Origin: Chloroflexota bacterium
Lineage (GTDB): Bacteria; Chloroflexota; Dehalococcoidia; Lucifugimonadales; Lucifugimonadaceae
DNA: 64,000 nucleotides
NCBI GenBank assembly: GCA_027624075.1
Contig: JAQBUH010000005.1
Span: 13,198 to 77,197, forward strand
Direction of reading: 5' to 3'
The notes under the pieces are model-generated. The model did no database searches and was not told where the DNA came from. It worked only from the letters and a program-made list of their open reading frames with translations. How positions within the stretch are numbered: position 1 is the stretch's first letter; the number at the start of each line of letters is the position of its first letter. Shown here piece after piece: positions 1-8,040 of the stretch. Both the position numbers and the translations under genes were made by a program.

Positions 1-330
1 GTAACCGCATGGCTTGGTGACGCGCCGTCCGAGGCGCTGAGCAAGCTCAGGCCAGATCACGGGGAACGTGGGGAGCGGGGCGAGCGCGGTCATGGTCCCA
101 GCGGTGACCGAGGTCACGGCCGAGGCTTCAGCGGACGGATGTTCGGCGAAGGGCCAGGCGGCGGACTCTTCGAAGGCCGCTTCCAGATCCGGCCTTACGT
201 CCCATCGGTAGACGCCGATGATGCCGGTGGCGCAGGAACCTCGACCTCTGCGGCGCTCGGCGACCTGGCGTAGCGTCAGATCATCGGCGAACGGCGCGGA
301 CCCCTGGCATGTGGCCGGTCGAACAACCAA
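1..330 (-). CDS. hypothetical protein (N-terminal part; 3' end lies beyond window start)
   Basis: Uninterrupted minus-strand frame runs from a possible TTG (328-330) to base 1, with GC-rich third codon positions (..FADDLTLRQVAERRRGRGSCATGIIGVYRWDVRPDLEAAFEES..). It is not in the ORF track because there is no stop inside the window. No family recognised; start uncertain. Confidence 0.3.
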   Translation of the reverse strand, partial: MVVRPATCQGSAPFADDLTLRQVAERRRGRGSCATGIIGVYRWDVRPDLEAAFEESAAWPFAEHPSAEASAVTSVTAGTMTALAPLPTFPVIWPELAQRLGRRVTKPCGY

Positions 331-701
331 TCAACGATGGCCGGCGGAGCATCCCTCTTCGCCGGCCATCTCTCGTGCGCGGCCTCACGGGTCAGACGCC
401 GATGCGTCCCGTGACGCGACAAAGTCCCGCTCTGCGAGGTCTGCCACTTCGTGTTGGACCGCTCACAAAAAGTGACCATGAGTGTTGACCACTCTCTTCA
501 GCGTAGGCTAGATTAAAGACCTGTGGCACAGTTCAGACGCGTCTCTGATCTTGCCGTCCAGGCGCGGCGCCGGCGAAAAGAGGGTGATCGTTATGAACAT
601 AGCAGCGTCTACCTCCATTCAGCGCGCCGATGCGCTCTCACGCCGTTCCGGCACATCCCACCGCCTGCGCTCCCTGAACTGAGCGCCCTCATCTGCGGCC
701 G

Positions 702-1877
702 ATGCTCCGGACCTGGAGCATCCTGTTGCCCTCCCTCGATCCAGTAAGTAATTTGCCTGATTCTGTGCCCGGGACCGGACATGACACGAACGCGTCCCGG
801 GTTTTAGCGCCAATTGGCTGGGACTCGACTCGGGTCGCCGAGTTTGCGCCATACGCCGCCGCAGGAATGCAACCCGGCAGGGTTGCGCGCGTCGATGGAC
901 TGTCGGTCATGCTCATCACGGCGGACGGGACCACCCGTGCAGAAAGTTCGACGGAGCTGCAGTCCGCGGCTGAGACCGCCGAGGCGTTGCCTGCCACAGG
1001 AGACTGGGTCGGGTTCAGCGCCCGGCCTTCGCACAACACCGACCTGATCGAGGTGTTGCTGCCGCGCAGTTCTCAACTCACCCGCACCCGGCAGGTCTTG
1101 AAATCCGCTATCGAGCGTCAGATTGTTGCGGTGAACCTGGACGTTGTGTTCATCGTCCATGCGGCGAACAACGTAAACCTGCGGCGGCTGGAACGAGAGG
1201 CCACGCAGGTGGCGGCGAGCGGGGCGCGGGTAGTCATCCTGCTGAACAAGGCTGACCTTTCCGGCGACATGGACCAACTGGTCTCCGAAGCTCTTGTCTC
1301 CGTGCCGGACGTGACCGTGCATCGCGTAAGCGGCGTCACCGGAGAGGGCGTCGAGGAGCTGGCCGCATATGCCCGCCCTGACAGGACGGTGGCATTCATC
1401 GGGGCGTCTGGCGTTGGGAAGTCAACGCTCATCAACCGCCTGCTCGGCCGGGAGGCCATGGACACGGGCGCGGTGAGGGAGGACGACCAGCGAGGCCGCC
1501 ACACGACGACGACCCGACACCTGTTGCCGCTCGATGGTGGCGGTGCGCTGATCGACACGCCAGGGGTGCGGTCGCTTGGCCTGTCGGATGCCGGCGAGGG
1601 CGTGGAGACGGTGTTCGATGACGTCGCTGCGCTGGCGCTCAAGTGCCGCTTTGCAGACTGCTCACATTCCGGCGAGCCTGATTGCGCTGTGCTTGAGGCT
1701 ATCCGCCGCGGCGAGCTGGCGAGAGCACGGCTGAACTCGTTTAAGAAGCTGAGCCTGGAGACGGAGTTTGCCGAGTCGAAGTCGGACGTGCGCCTGCGTC
1801 AGGCCAGGCGGGACCTGTGGAAGGCGAGAGCGAAGCGTGCACGGCAGAGGACGGACGCAGAGCAGAAACTCGACTAA
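702..1877 (+). CDS. rsgA: ribosome small-subunit-dependent GTPase A
   Basis: Circularly permuted GTPase motifs LLNKADL, GASGVGKSTLINRLLG and DTPGVRS. C-terminal zinc knuckle CRFADCSHSGEPDCAV. Start may be a little downstream. Confidence 0.9.
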   Translation: MLRTWSILLPSLDPVSNLPDSVPGTGHDTNASRVLAPIGWDSTRVAEFAPYAAAGMQPGRVARVDGLSVMLITADGTTRAESSTELQSAAETAEALPATGDWVGFSARPSHNTDLIEVLLPRSSQLTRTRQVLKSAIERQIVAVNLDVVFIVHAANNVNLRRLEREATQVAASGARVVILLNKADLSGDMDQLVSEALVSVPDVTVHRVSGVTGEGVEELAAYARPDRTVAFIGASGVGKSTLINRLLGREAMDTGAVREDDQRGRHTTTTRHLLPLDGGGALIDTPGVRSLGLSDAGEGVETVFDDVAALALKCRFADCSHSGEPDCAVLEAIRRGELARARLNSFKKLSLETEFAESKSDVRLRQARRDLWKARAKRARQRTDAEQKLD

Positions 1878-1981
1878 TCAGACTGACGAGAGCTTGATCC
1901 GCTTGCGTCCGGATGTCCGTAGCTGACCGCGGCTTACGCAGCCGTCTGGCATGTAAACGATCACCAAGGTCGCCCTACTGG

Positions 1982-2109
1982 CCCGGAACGTACTTCGTGT
2001 CCGGCTCAAACGGGTAGAGCGGCTTGCGGCGCCGGTTGTACGTGAAGTAGGAGAGGTCGGCGGTCGTCACACCAGGCGTGTTGACCAGGATGACCTCTCC
2101 TGCGATCAG
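1982..2109. repeat. direct repeat copy 1: orphan duplicate of the last ~42 codons of the M81/MlrC gene (minus-strand remnant ..KYVPGQ*, stop 1975-1977)
   Basis: Matches 3157-3284 at a constant offset of 1175 bp, with 4 mismatches by my count (2071, 2074, 2098, 2108). Still translates on the minus strand to IAGEVILVNTPGVTTADLSYFTYNRRRKPLYPFEPDTKYVPG. Confidence 0.9.
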
Positions 2110-3146
2110 TCACTATCCGGAAGTTTCCTTAGAAGAGACATCAGATCAAAAAGCCGCTTATTCTCTGTAGTTGTTGGGAAGTCTCTGAAATGCATTAAGC
2201 TGTTCCGTATGTTGAGTGCCCAATCTAATTCAGCATGCAATATTATTCGGTCGCATTTAGTCCCTAACCAATCCCAGCTGAACTGAGACTGCAATAATCG
2301 AATCATCTCGCCAAAACTTAACTCAGAAATCGGCAAAGTCTCATTAGCGGTGTCTTCAGATCTGAGCGCGTCATGCAATTCTTTTGGAGAGAATTTGGTG
2401 GCTATCATTCGTCCTAATCTGTTTTCTATTTCTTCCAGACGTCGAAATGGGCCTACAAGACGTGCAAAATCGGTGGCGATGTCATGAGTTGTGACTATGC
2501 CTTTGATCAGACCGTTTTTGTCAATCACTACTGCAACATTGCGCTCTCCCATAATGCTCAGAGCCTGCCCGACCTCCGTGTCAGACGGTACCGAATAGTT
2601 CTCTTGGTCTATGCAGTCTTTAACCGTCTGAGGTTTTTCATGCCAAAGTTTTGACACCACTGTCTTTAAGGAGATAATACCCACATATTTACGATGCCAA
2701 TCTTCAACAACTAATTGACTATAGTCATGAAGAAGCATTTCTGTGAGAGCGTTATCGAGAGGATCGTTCACCAGCACACAAGAAATAGATTGATCTTCTG
2801 GAATCAAGTCAGCAATTTTATACTCAGATATCGACGGTAGTTCACTGACCCCCTCAGATTCGTTTGAAGGTGATGATTCCACAGATAGTTGCGCAGACGG
2901 GATTACTGGTGAACTTTTCAGAGAAAAACGGATCATCGGACGATAAAGATCGGTATTTGAGGTCAGGGCAGGAGTGGCAATGAGACCGAGTTTAACTAGC
3001 GCATCGTTTACCGTATCAACCGATGAACCGCGGCGTCGCTGGTATCCGAATTCCGCAAGTACATTCACGAACATACGCCATCTGTTTGCGCCTGATTCAA
3101 GATCGGACTTAATGGTCTTTAGATATTCGATACCATTTTCAGCCAT
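2106..3146 (-). CDS. CBS-pair protein with C-terminal HEPN-like (Swt1-type, Rx4H) domain; putative ligand-regulated RNase
   Basis: 346-aa ORF that fills a visibly AT-richer block. Two CBS-like repeats at about aa 108-232 (..YSQLVVEDWHRKYVGIISLKTVV.. and ..RNVAVVIDKNGLIKGIVTTHDIATDF..). C-terminal helical region with motif IRNSLMH (R314-H319, nt 2190-2207). ATG lies 3 nt after the upstream stop. Confidence 0.75.
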   Translation of the reverse strand: MAENGIEYLKTIKSDLESGANRWRMFVNVLAEFGYQRRRGSSVDTVNDALVKLGLIATPALTSNTDLYRPMIRFSLKSSPVIPSAQLSVESSPSNESEGVSELPSISEYKIADLIPEDQSISCVLVNDPLDNALTEMLLHDYSQLVVEDWHRKYVGIISLKTVVSKLWHEKPQTVKDCIDQENYSVPSDTEVGQALSIMGERNVAVVIDKNGLIKGIVTTHDIATDFARLVGPFRRLEEIENRLGRMIATKFSPKELHDALRSEDTANETLPISELSFGEMIRLLQSQFSWDWLGTKCDRIILHAELDWALNIRNSLMHFRDFPTTTENKRLFDLMSLLRKLPDSD

Positions 3147-3149
3147 TGT

Positions 3150-4742
3150 CTAACTCCCCGGAACGTACTTCGTGTCCGGCTCAAACGGGTAGAGCGGCTT
3201 GCGGCGCCGGTTGTACGTGAAGTAGGAGAGGTCGGCGGTCGTCACGCCCGGCGTGTTGACCAGGATGACCTCGCCTGCGATCGGCTGGTATGCGGGCCGC
3301 GGGGACACGACGCCCTTCGCAACGACGATCTGGTAGTGCTCGGGGATGATGCCGGCCGCGTACATGCCGTACCGGGACGTGTTTCCGGTACGTCTGCTGT
3401 TCAGGAAGAGAGTGTGGCCGTCAGTGGTATCGAGCCGCACGGACACGCCCGCGTCATAGAAGCGGTAACCGCCATGGGTCGCGCCGAAGTCCTCCCAGTC
3501 ACCGTCGATGATCGCCCTTACTTTCCCTGTGACCTGGACAGGCTTCCCGTGCATGTTGTCCGTCTTTGCGCCAACCTTGAGCGTAACTTTGGCGCCCACT
3601 CCGGCTGCGACGCACGCCTCAACAGACTCAGGGTCGTAGAGCGACTGCAGCAGCGACTTCACGCCCATCTTCTGCGCCGCGGCGAGAATGAAGGTCGAGT
3701 CTGCGGATGAGCCACCGCCGATGTTGTCTCCAACGTCCATCAGGACTATCGGGCCTGTGCTGGGTGCTTTTCCGTCAGCCGTCTCGGCGGCAGCCGGCGC
3801 CGCAAGCGCTGTGCCGTCCATCGGCACCTCGACCCAGTCACCAAGCCTGCGAGGCCCGCGGTAGCGCTTCTGGGCGGTCTCAAGCGCATCTTTGATCGAG
3901 GAGACCGGCGTGTTCAGCGCCTCGCGGTGCTTCCAGGCCCGCTCGGCCATCCAGATAGCGGTCTCTTTCGCCAGTGCCGGGTTGTTGTCCGTGATGGCGA
4001 TCCAGCTCATCCCCATCTCGGCCACGTCCGAGTACGGGTAGCCTTCGGCTGTGCTTGTGTCCAGGACTCCGGGGCGCTTCAGGGCCTCGATCGAGTCTGC
4101 GACGATCGTCTTCATCGGCTCCTCGCCGGTGAACTGGCGGACGATGTTCACGACCATCGGCGGCATCTCTATCCACTGTGTCGGCTTGATCTCACCCTTC
4201 ACGGTGCGGTAGATCAGCTCGGCGCACTTGTAGCCGCGCGGCTTGGGGTCGAGGTGCGGGTTCGTGCGCCAGACGACGCAGACATCGGTGTTCGCGACGA
4301 CCGCCTTCGAGACGTTTGCGTGCATGTCCAGCGTGATTCCAACGGGCACGTTCGGGCCAACGATCTCCCGGACAGCGCGAGTGAACTCGCCGTCCATGTC
4401 AGGGAACTCCTCGGACACTGCTGCGCCGTGGTTTGGGAGCAGCACGGCGTCCCACGGTCCCTGGACGCGGAGCATCTGGAACATCTCGGCGGTGATGCGG
4501 TCGTATGCGTCCTTCGTGATGGTGCCGATCGGCCCTGTCTGCGCCCACATCAAGGGGACCGCCTCGAAGCCGAAATCCCTCGCCGCCTGCAGGTAGCCCG
4601 CGGTCGTGTAGAGAGCGCTCTCGAACTGCTTGACGATCTCATCGCCTCGCAGCAGGTCCGCCATCTCGAACTGGTGGTAGTCGGCAGGGACGCGGGAGAA
4701 GGTGTTTGTCTCGTGAGAGATGCCGAGGATAGCGAACCGCAT
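3150..4742 (-). CDS. M81 family metallopeptidase (MlrC/microcystinase C-like)
   Basis: N-terminus MRFAILGISHETNTFS is typical of the DUF1485/MlrC family. Length 530 aa. Confidence 0.8.
   Translation of the reverse strand: MRFAILGISHETNTFSRVPADYHQFEMADLLRGDEIVKQFESALYTTAGYLQAARDFGFEAVPLMWAQTGPIGTITKDAYDRITAEMFQMLRVQGPWDAVLLPNHGAAVSEEFPDMDGEFTRAVREIVGPNVPVGITLDMHANVSKAVVANTDVCVVWRTNPHLDPKPRGYKCAELIYRTVKGEIKPTQWIEMPPMVVNIVRQFTGEEPMKTIVADSIEALKRPGVLDTSTAEGYPYSDVAEMGMSWIAITDNNPALAKETAIWMAERAWKHREALNTPVSSIKDALETAQKRYRGPRRLGDWVEVPMDGTALAAPAAAETADGKAPSTGPIVLMDVGDNIGGGSSADSTFILAAAQKMGVKSLLQSLYDPESVEACVAAGVGAKVTLKVGAKTDNMHGKPVQVTGKVRAIIDGDWEDFGATHGGYRFYDAGVSVRLDTTDGHTLFLNSRRTGNTSRYGMYAAGIIPEHYQIVVAKGVVSPRPAYQPIAGEVILVNTPGVTTADLSYFTYNRRRKPLYPFEPDTKYVPGS
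3157..3284. repeat. direct repeat copy 2 (functional 3' end of the M81/MlrC CDS)
   Basis: See copy 1. Lies inside CDS 3150-4742. Confidence 0.9.
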
Positions 4743-4813
4743 TTTTCTGTTTCTCCTTGAGCGAGGTGACCGCCGGCGTTGTCGAATATCTGCCGGACGA
4801 CGGATGATTGCCG

Positions 4814-5983
4814 TTACAGCCTCACAGCGTGCCTCTTCAACGCCTTTTCGTTCAGTTCAGTACCCCAGCCCGGCCGCGTCGGGATGGTCACGCGGCCATT
4901 CTTGATCTCCGGCACATGTGTCACCAGCTCGTCGCGCCAGGGAACCTGCACGGGGTCTGACTCGCTGATAAGCACATTGTTTATGGATGCGCACAGGTTC
5001 ATCGTCTGGAACGTCGAGAGGTGGCCGTTGAAGTTGTGGGGCGCGATGTTCATGTCATACACCTCGGCCATCTTCGCAGCGTTGCGAGCAGGTGTGAAGC
5101 CCTGCCACTGCACGTCGACCTTCACAACGTCCATAGCACGCTCTTCGAACAGCGGCAGATAGTTGATTGGCCCGAGCTTCTGCTCGCCGGTGCAGATCGG
5201 CACGCGCGTGCTGTCCTTGACCATGCGCAGCGACTTTGCGTCCAGGTTGTCAATCTCCATCCAGAACAGGTCGAACGGCTCGAGCGCACGCCCGAGCCTG
5301 ATCTGGCCTGCGGCCTTGAAGTTGTAATTGACGTCCAGGCAGATCTCCATCTCAGGGCCTGCGACCTCCCGGAACGCCGATATCTGGCGCACCGCTATGT
5401 TGAGCAGATCACGCGTCACGGGCTGGTCATGCGGTCCGCTGCGGCCCTGGTTGATGCCGCTCCACGGGCCGTTGGCGTTTGGTATCAGGATGTTGGTCTT
5501 GAAGGTGTCGTAGCCGGCGGCTTTGGCCTGTTCCACTATCTTGCAGGCGTCGTCGAGCGACCTGATTGGCGATGTGCCGAGGCGGTCTGACCTCCCGGCC
5601 TGGTAGGTGGCGAGGTGGGACCAGTAGACCTTCTGCTCAGTGCGAGTGGGTCCGCCGAACAGCTCGTACACAGGGACGCCGAGCGCTTTGCCCTTCACAT
5701 CCCAGAGCGCCAGCTCTATGCCCGCCATCGCCTGCCATGTCGCCCCGCCGTAAACGGACTGAGTGCCCCGGAGCATGTCCATGTACAGCCTCTCGACCTG
5801 CCGCGGGTCCTGGCCGACTATGAAACGTGACAGGTCCTTGACGAGTCCCGCCATTCCGTTGGCTACGACGCCCTCGCCGAACTCAGAGTAGCCGGAGAGC
5901 CCATCGTCTGTGCGGACGATGCAGAACATCCACGGCGCGGCCAGACCTTCGACGGCGACGGCTTCGACTGATGTGACCTTCAT
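4814..5983 (-). CDS. enolase-superfamily enzyme (mandelate racemase/muconate lactonizing, dehydratase-like)
   Basis: 389 aa. Capping domain plus TIM barrel pattern (..ALWDVKGKALGVPVYELFGG.., ..EEPL-like WMEID.., ..ICTGEQ..). Confidence 0.85.
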   Translation of the reverse strand: MKVTSVEAVAVEGLAAPWMFCIVRTDDGLSGYSEFGEGVVANGMAGLVKDLSRFIVGQDPRQVERLYMDMLRGTQSVYGGATWQAMAGIELALWDVKGKALGVPVYELFGGPTRTEQKVYWSHLATYQAGRSDRLGTSPIRSLDDACKIVEQAKAAGYDTFKTNILIPNANGPWSGINQGRSGPHDQPVTRDLLNIAVRQISAFREVAGPEMEICLDVNYNFKAAGQIRLGRALEPFDLFWMEIDNLDAKSLRMVKDSTRVPICTGEQKLGPINYLPLFEERAMDVVKVDVQWQGFTPARNAAKMAEVYDMNIAPHNFNGHLSTFQTMNLCASINNVLISESDPVQVPWRDELVTHVPEIKNGRVTIPTRPGWGTELNEKALKRHAVRL

Positions 5984-6141
5984 ACTTCCTCTTCACGGAC
6001 CGCTATTACGAATAATAAAGACTGTGGCGACGCCGGGATGTGGCTCCGGACTGACCGGAGACCACACGGGCGAGCATGCGGCGGCAAGGCCGCGGCTACT
6101 AGCGTCGCTCCGGCGCACATTACCACCGGCAGGCCGCGCCG

Positions 6142-7248
6142 TCAGCGGTCGACGAACGGCACTTCGAGCCGGGCCGGAGCCTTGCTCCTGACGGACCTGA
6201 AGATCAGGTATCCGGCGGTGATGACAGAGACCGGCAGCACAACACCCAGGGCGACGATGCTGGCGGGCGTTAGCAGGTCCGCATTGATCGAAATGGCGAT
6301 CAGGGTCGACAGATAAATGGCGTAAAAACCCAGCATGAGCAGCCCGTCCCTGCGCCCGGCCCGTTTTCCGATGATGACGATGGACAGCACGACGATTCCG
6401 ACTGTGACTGCGACCGGGAAGTCGAGCCGGAGCGCCTCGGAAGGGACTATGAGTCCGCCGCCTGAGACCAGCGCAGAGGCGCCTATGACGCCGAGCACGT
6501 TGATCACACTGGCGCCTACCGCGTTACCTATCGCAAGGTCGGTCTCGCCGCGGAGCGCTGCGACAATCGCGGTGGTGAGTTCCGGCGCTGACGTGCCTGC
6601 TGCGACGATCGTCAGGCCAATGATCAACTCGCTCACGCCAAGCGCCGAGGCGATATCGGACGCTGAGTTGACGAACAGTCGTGAGCCAAGGATCAGGAGC
6701 GCTGCGCCTGCGCCTGAAAAAACAACGCCTATCCCCATCTCGTTCAACGCCGCCCTTCGCGTCCGGGTGACGAATGACTCACGCGTGGCGCGTGCTGTCC
6801 GGCGGGACTGCAAGATTGAGAATGTTATGAAGCCGGCGAGGGCGAGGAGCAGGAGGATGCCTTCCCACTCAACCACGGTCCCGTTGACGGCAAGCAGGTA
6901 GACAACGGCCGTCGCAATGATCAGCACCGGCAGGTCTTTACGGATGGTGATGTTGGAGACCGGGATGGCGATGATGGTGGCGGCTGCGCCCGCGACCACA
7001 AGGATGTTGAAGATGTTGCTGCCCAGGACGTTGCCGACCGCAAGCCCGCCGCGGCCGTCTGCGGCTGCCACGATGGACACGCTGGCTTCGGGCGTAGTTG
7101 TGGCGAACGAGACGATCGTCAGCCCGACCACGAGCGGCGACAGACCTGCGAGCCGCCCGAGTCTTGTCGCCCCGCGCACGAGGCCTTCCGCCCCGACGAC
7201 GAGCAGCACCAGACCGGCGAGGAACAGAATGAGGTCGAGGATGTTCAT
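6142..7248 (-). CDS. Ca2+/Na+ (CaCA family, YrbG-like) antiporter
   Basis: Two alpha-repeat motifs (GLTIVSFATTTPE.., GNVLGSNIFNIL / GLTIVAAGTSAPE.., GNAVGASVINVL). ATG 7246-7248 overlaps the upstream stop (ATGA), so the shorter start was chosen. Confidence 0.85.
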   Translation of the reverse strand: MNILDLILFLAGLVLLVVGAEGLVRGATRLGRLAGLSPLVVGLTIVSFATTTPEASVSIVAAADGRGGLAVGNVLGSNIFNILVVAGAAATIIAIPVSNITIRKDLPVLIIATAVVYLLAVNGTVVEWEGILLLLALAGFITFSILQSRRTARATRESFVTRTRRAALNEMGIGVVFSGAGAALLILGSRLFVNSASDIASALGVSELIIGLTIVAAGTSAPELTTAIVAALRGETDLAIGNAVGASVINVLGVIGASALVSGGGLIVPSEALRLDFPVAVTVGIVVLSIVIIGKRAGRRDGLLMLGFYAIYLSTLIAISINADLLTPASIVALGVVLPVSVITAGYLIFRSVRSKAPARLEVPFVDR

Positions 7249-8030
7249 GCGGGTCTCGTGAGGACCTCGACCCATGTCGGCCGCAGCCCGGCGGCGAGCG
7301 CTGTCCGCATCGAAGGGACGTTTGAGCTGCTTGTGCCGTAGTAGGGCAGCGCTCCGGCTGCGAACACGGCGCGTGCGGCCGCTGCGGTCATCGCCGGGGC
7401 GAGTCCGTTGCCGCGGTGCTCAGGGAGCACGTCTATGCCTATCTGGTACATGAACTCCGAGTCCTTGGACACGCCTGCGACTCCCACAACGTCGCCGTTC
7501 CGCTCGGCGACAGCGGCCAGCACGGTTGGACGGCCGGAGACGCCCGGCTCAGGGAAGAGCGAATTTGGAAACAACCGACGGTCAATCATAGTCCGATTCC
7601 GGGCGAGGTCGGACTCTATATCGGTGACGCGTATCGAGTAGCCGGGAGCGTGCGATGGCTCGGTTATAGCAGAGAGCGGCGCTGTGAAACGCGGGTACGG
7701 GCCGTGGACCGTAAGGCCGAGCCGCCTGCCCCGGCCGATCAATGCCGCAAGCAGGCCGTCGCGAAATAGCTCGTCCCTGCCGGCGTTGCGGAACGTCCGT
7801 TGCGCCCACTCCAGGTCCTCTTGCTCAACCGATATCACTGCGCCGGTCCCGAGTGTAACCGCGCCAATCCTGCCCGGATGAGGATTGAAAGCCCTGTGCT
7901 GAGGCATGGATCTGCGCCCGGGGACTCTTGTCACAACGTGGACGCGGCCGTCTGTCAGGTGATCCGGCTCGCACCCCGTTTCGGCAGACAGCATCGCCAT
8001 CACCGTCTCGCGGACCTGCCTGGAGTTCAT
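7245..8030 (-). CDS. GNAT family N-acetyltransferase
   Basis: C-terminal acetyl-CoA motif region ..IGIDVLPEHRGNGLAPAMTAAAA... Confidence 0.65.
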   Translation of the reverse strand: MNSRQVRETVMAMLSAETGCEPDHLTDGRVHVVTRVPGRRSMPQHRAFNPHPGRIGAVTLGTGAVISVEQEDLEWAQRTFRNAGRDELFRDGLLAALIGRGRRLGLTVHGPYPRFTAPLSAITEPSHAPGYSIRVTDIESDLARNRTMIDRRLFPNSLFPEPGVSGRPTVLAAVAERNGDVVGVAGVSKDSEFMYQIGIDVLPEHRGNGLAPAMTAAAARAVFAAGALPYYGTSSSNVPSMRTALAAGLRPTWVEVLTRPA

Positions 8031-8040
8031 TCAGCGGGTC

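Noticed and set aside
485-514. Promoter-like TTGACC - 18 nt - TAGATT upstream of rsgA.
   Set aside because: It is a hexamer match only, about 190 nt from the annotated start, with a weak -10. Not enough to report as a feature.
1975-2108. Read-through of the cassette gene's TGA (2106-2108) into the in-frame orphan MlrC fragment, as a Sec or read-through fusion.
   Set aside because: Being in frame is expected by chance one time in three. There is no SECIS-like hairpin directly downstream, and a 42-aa peptidase tail has no obvious function there.
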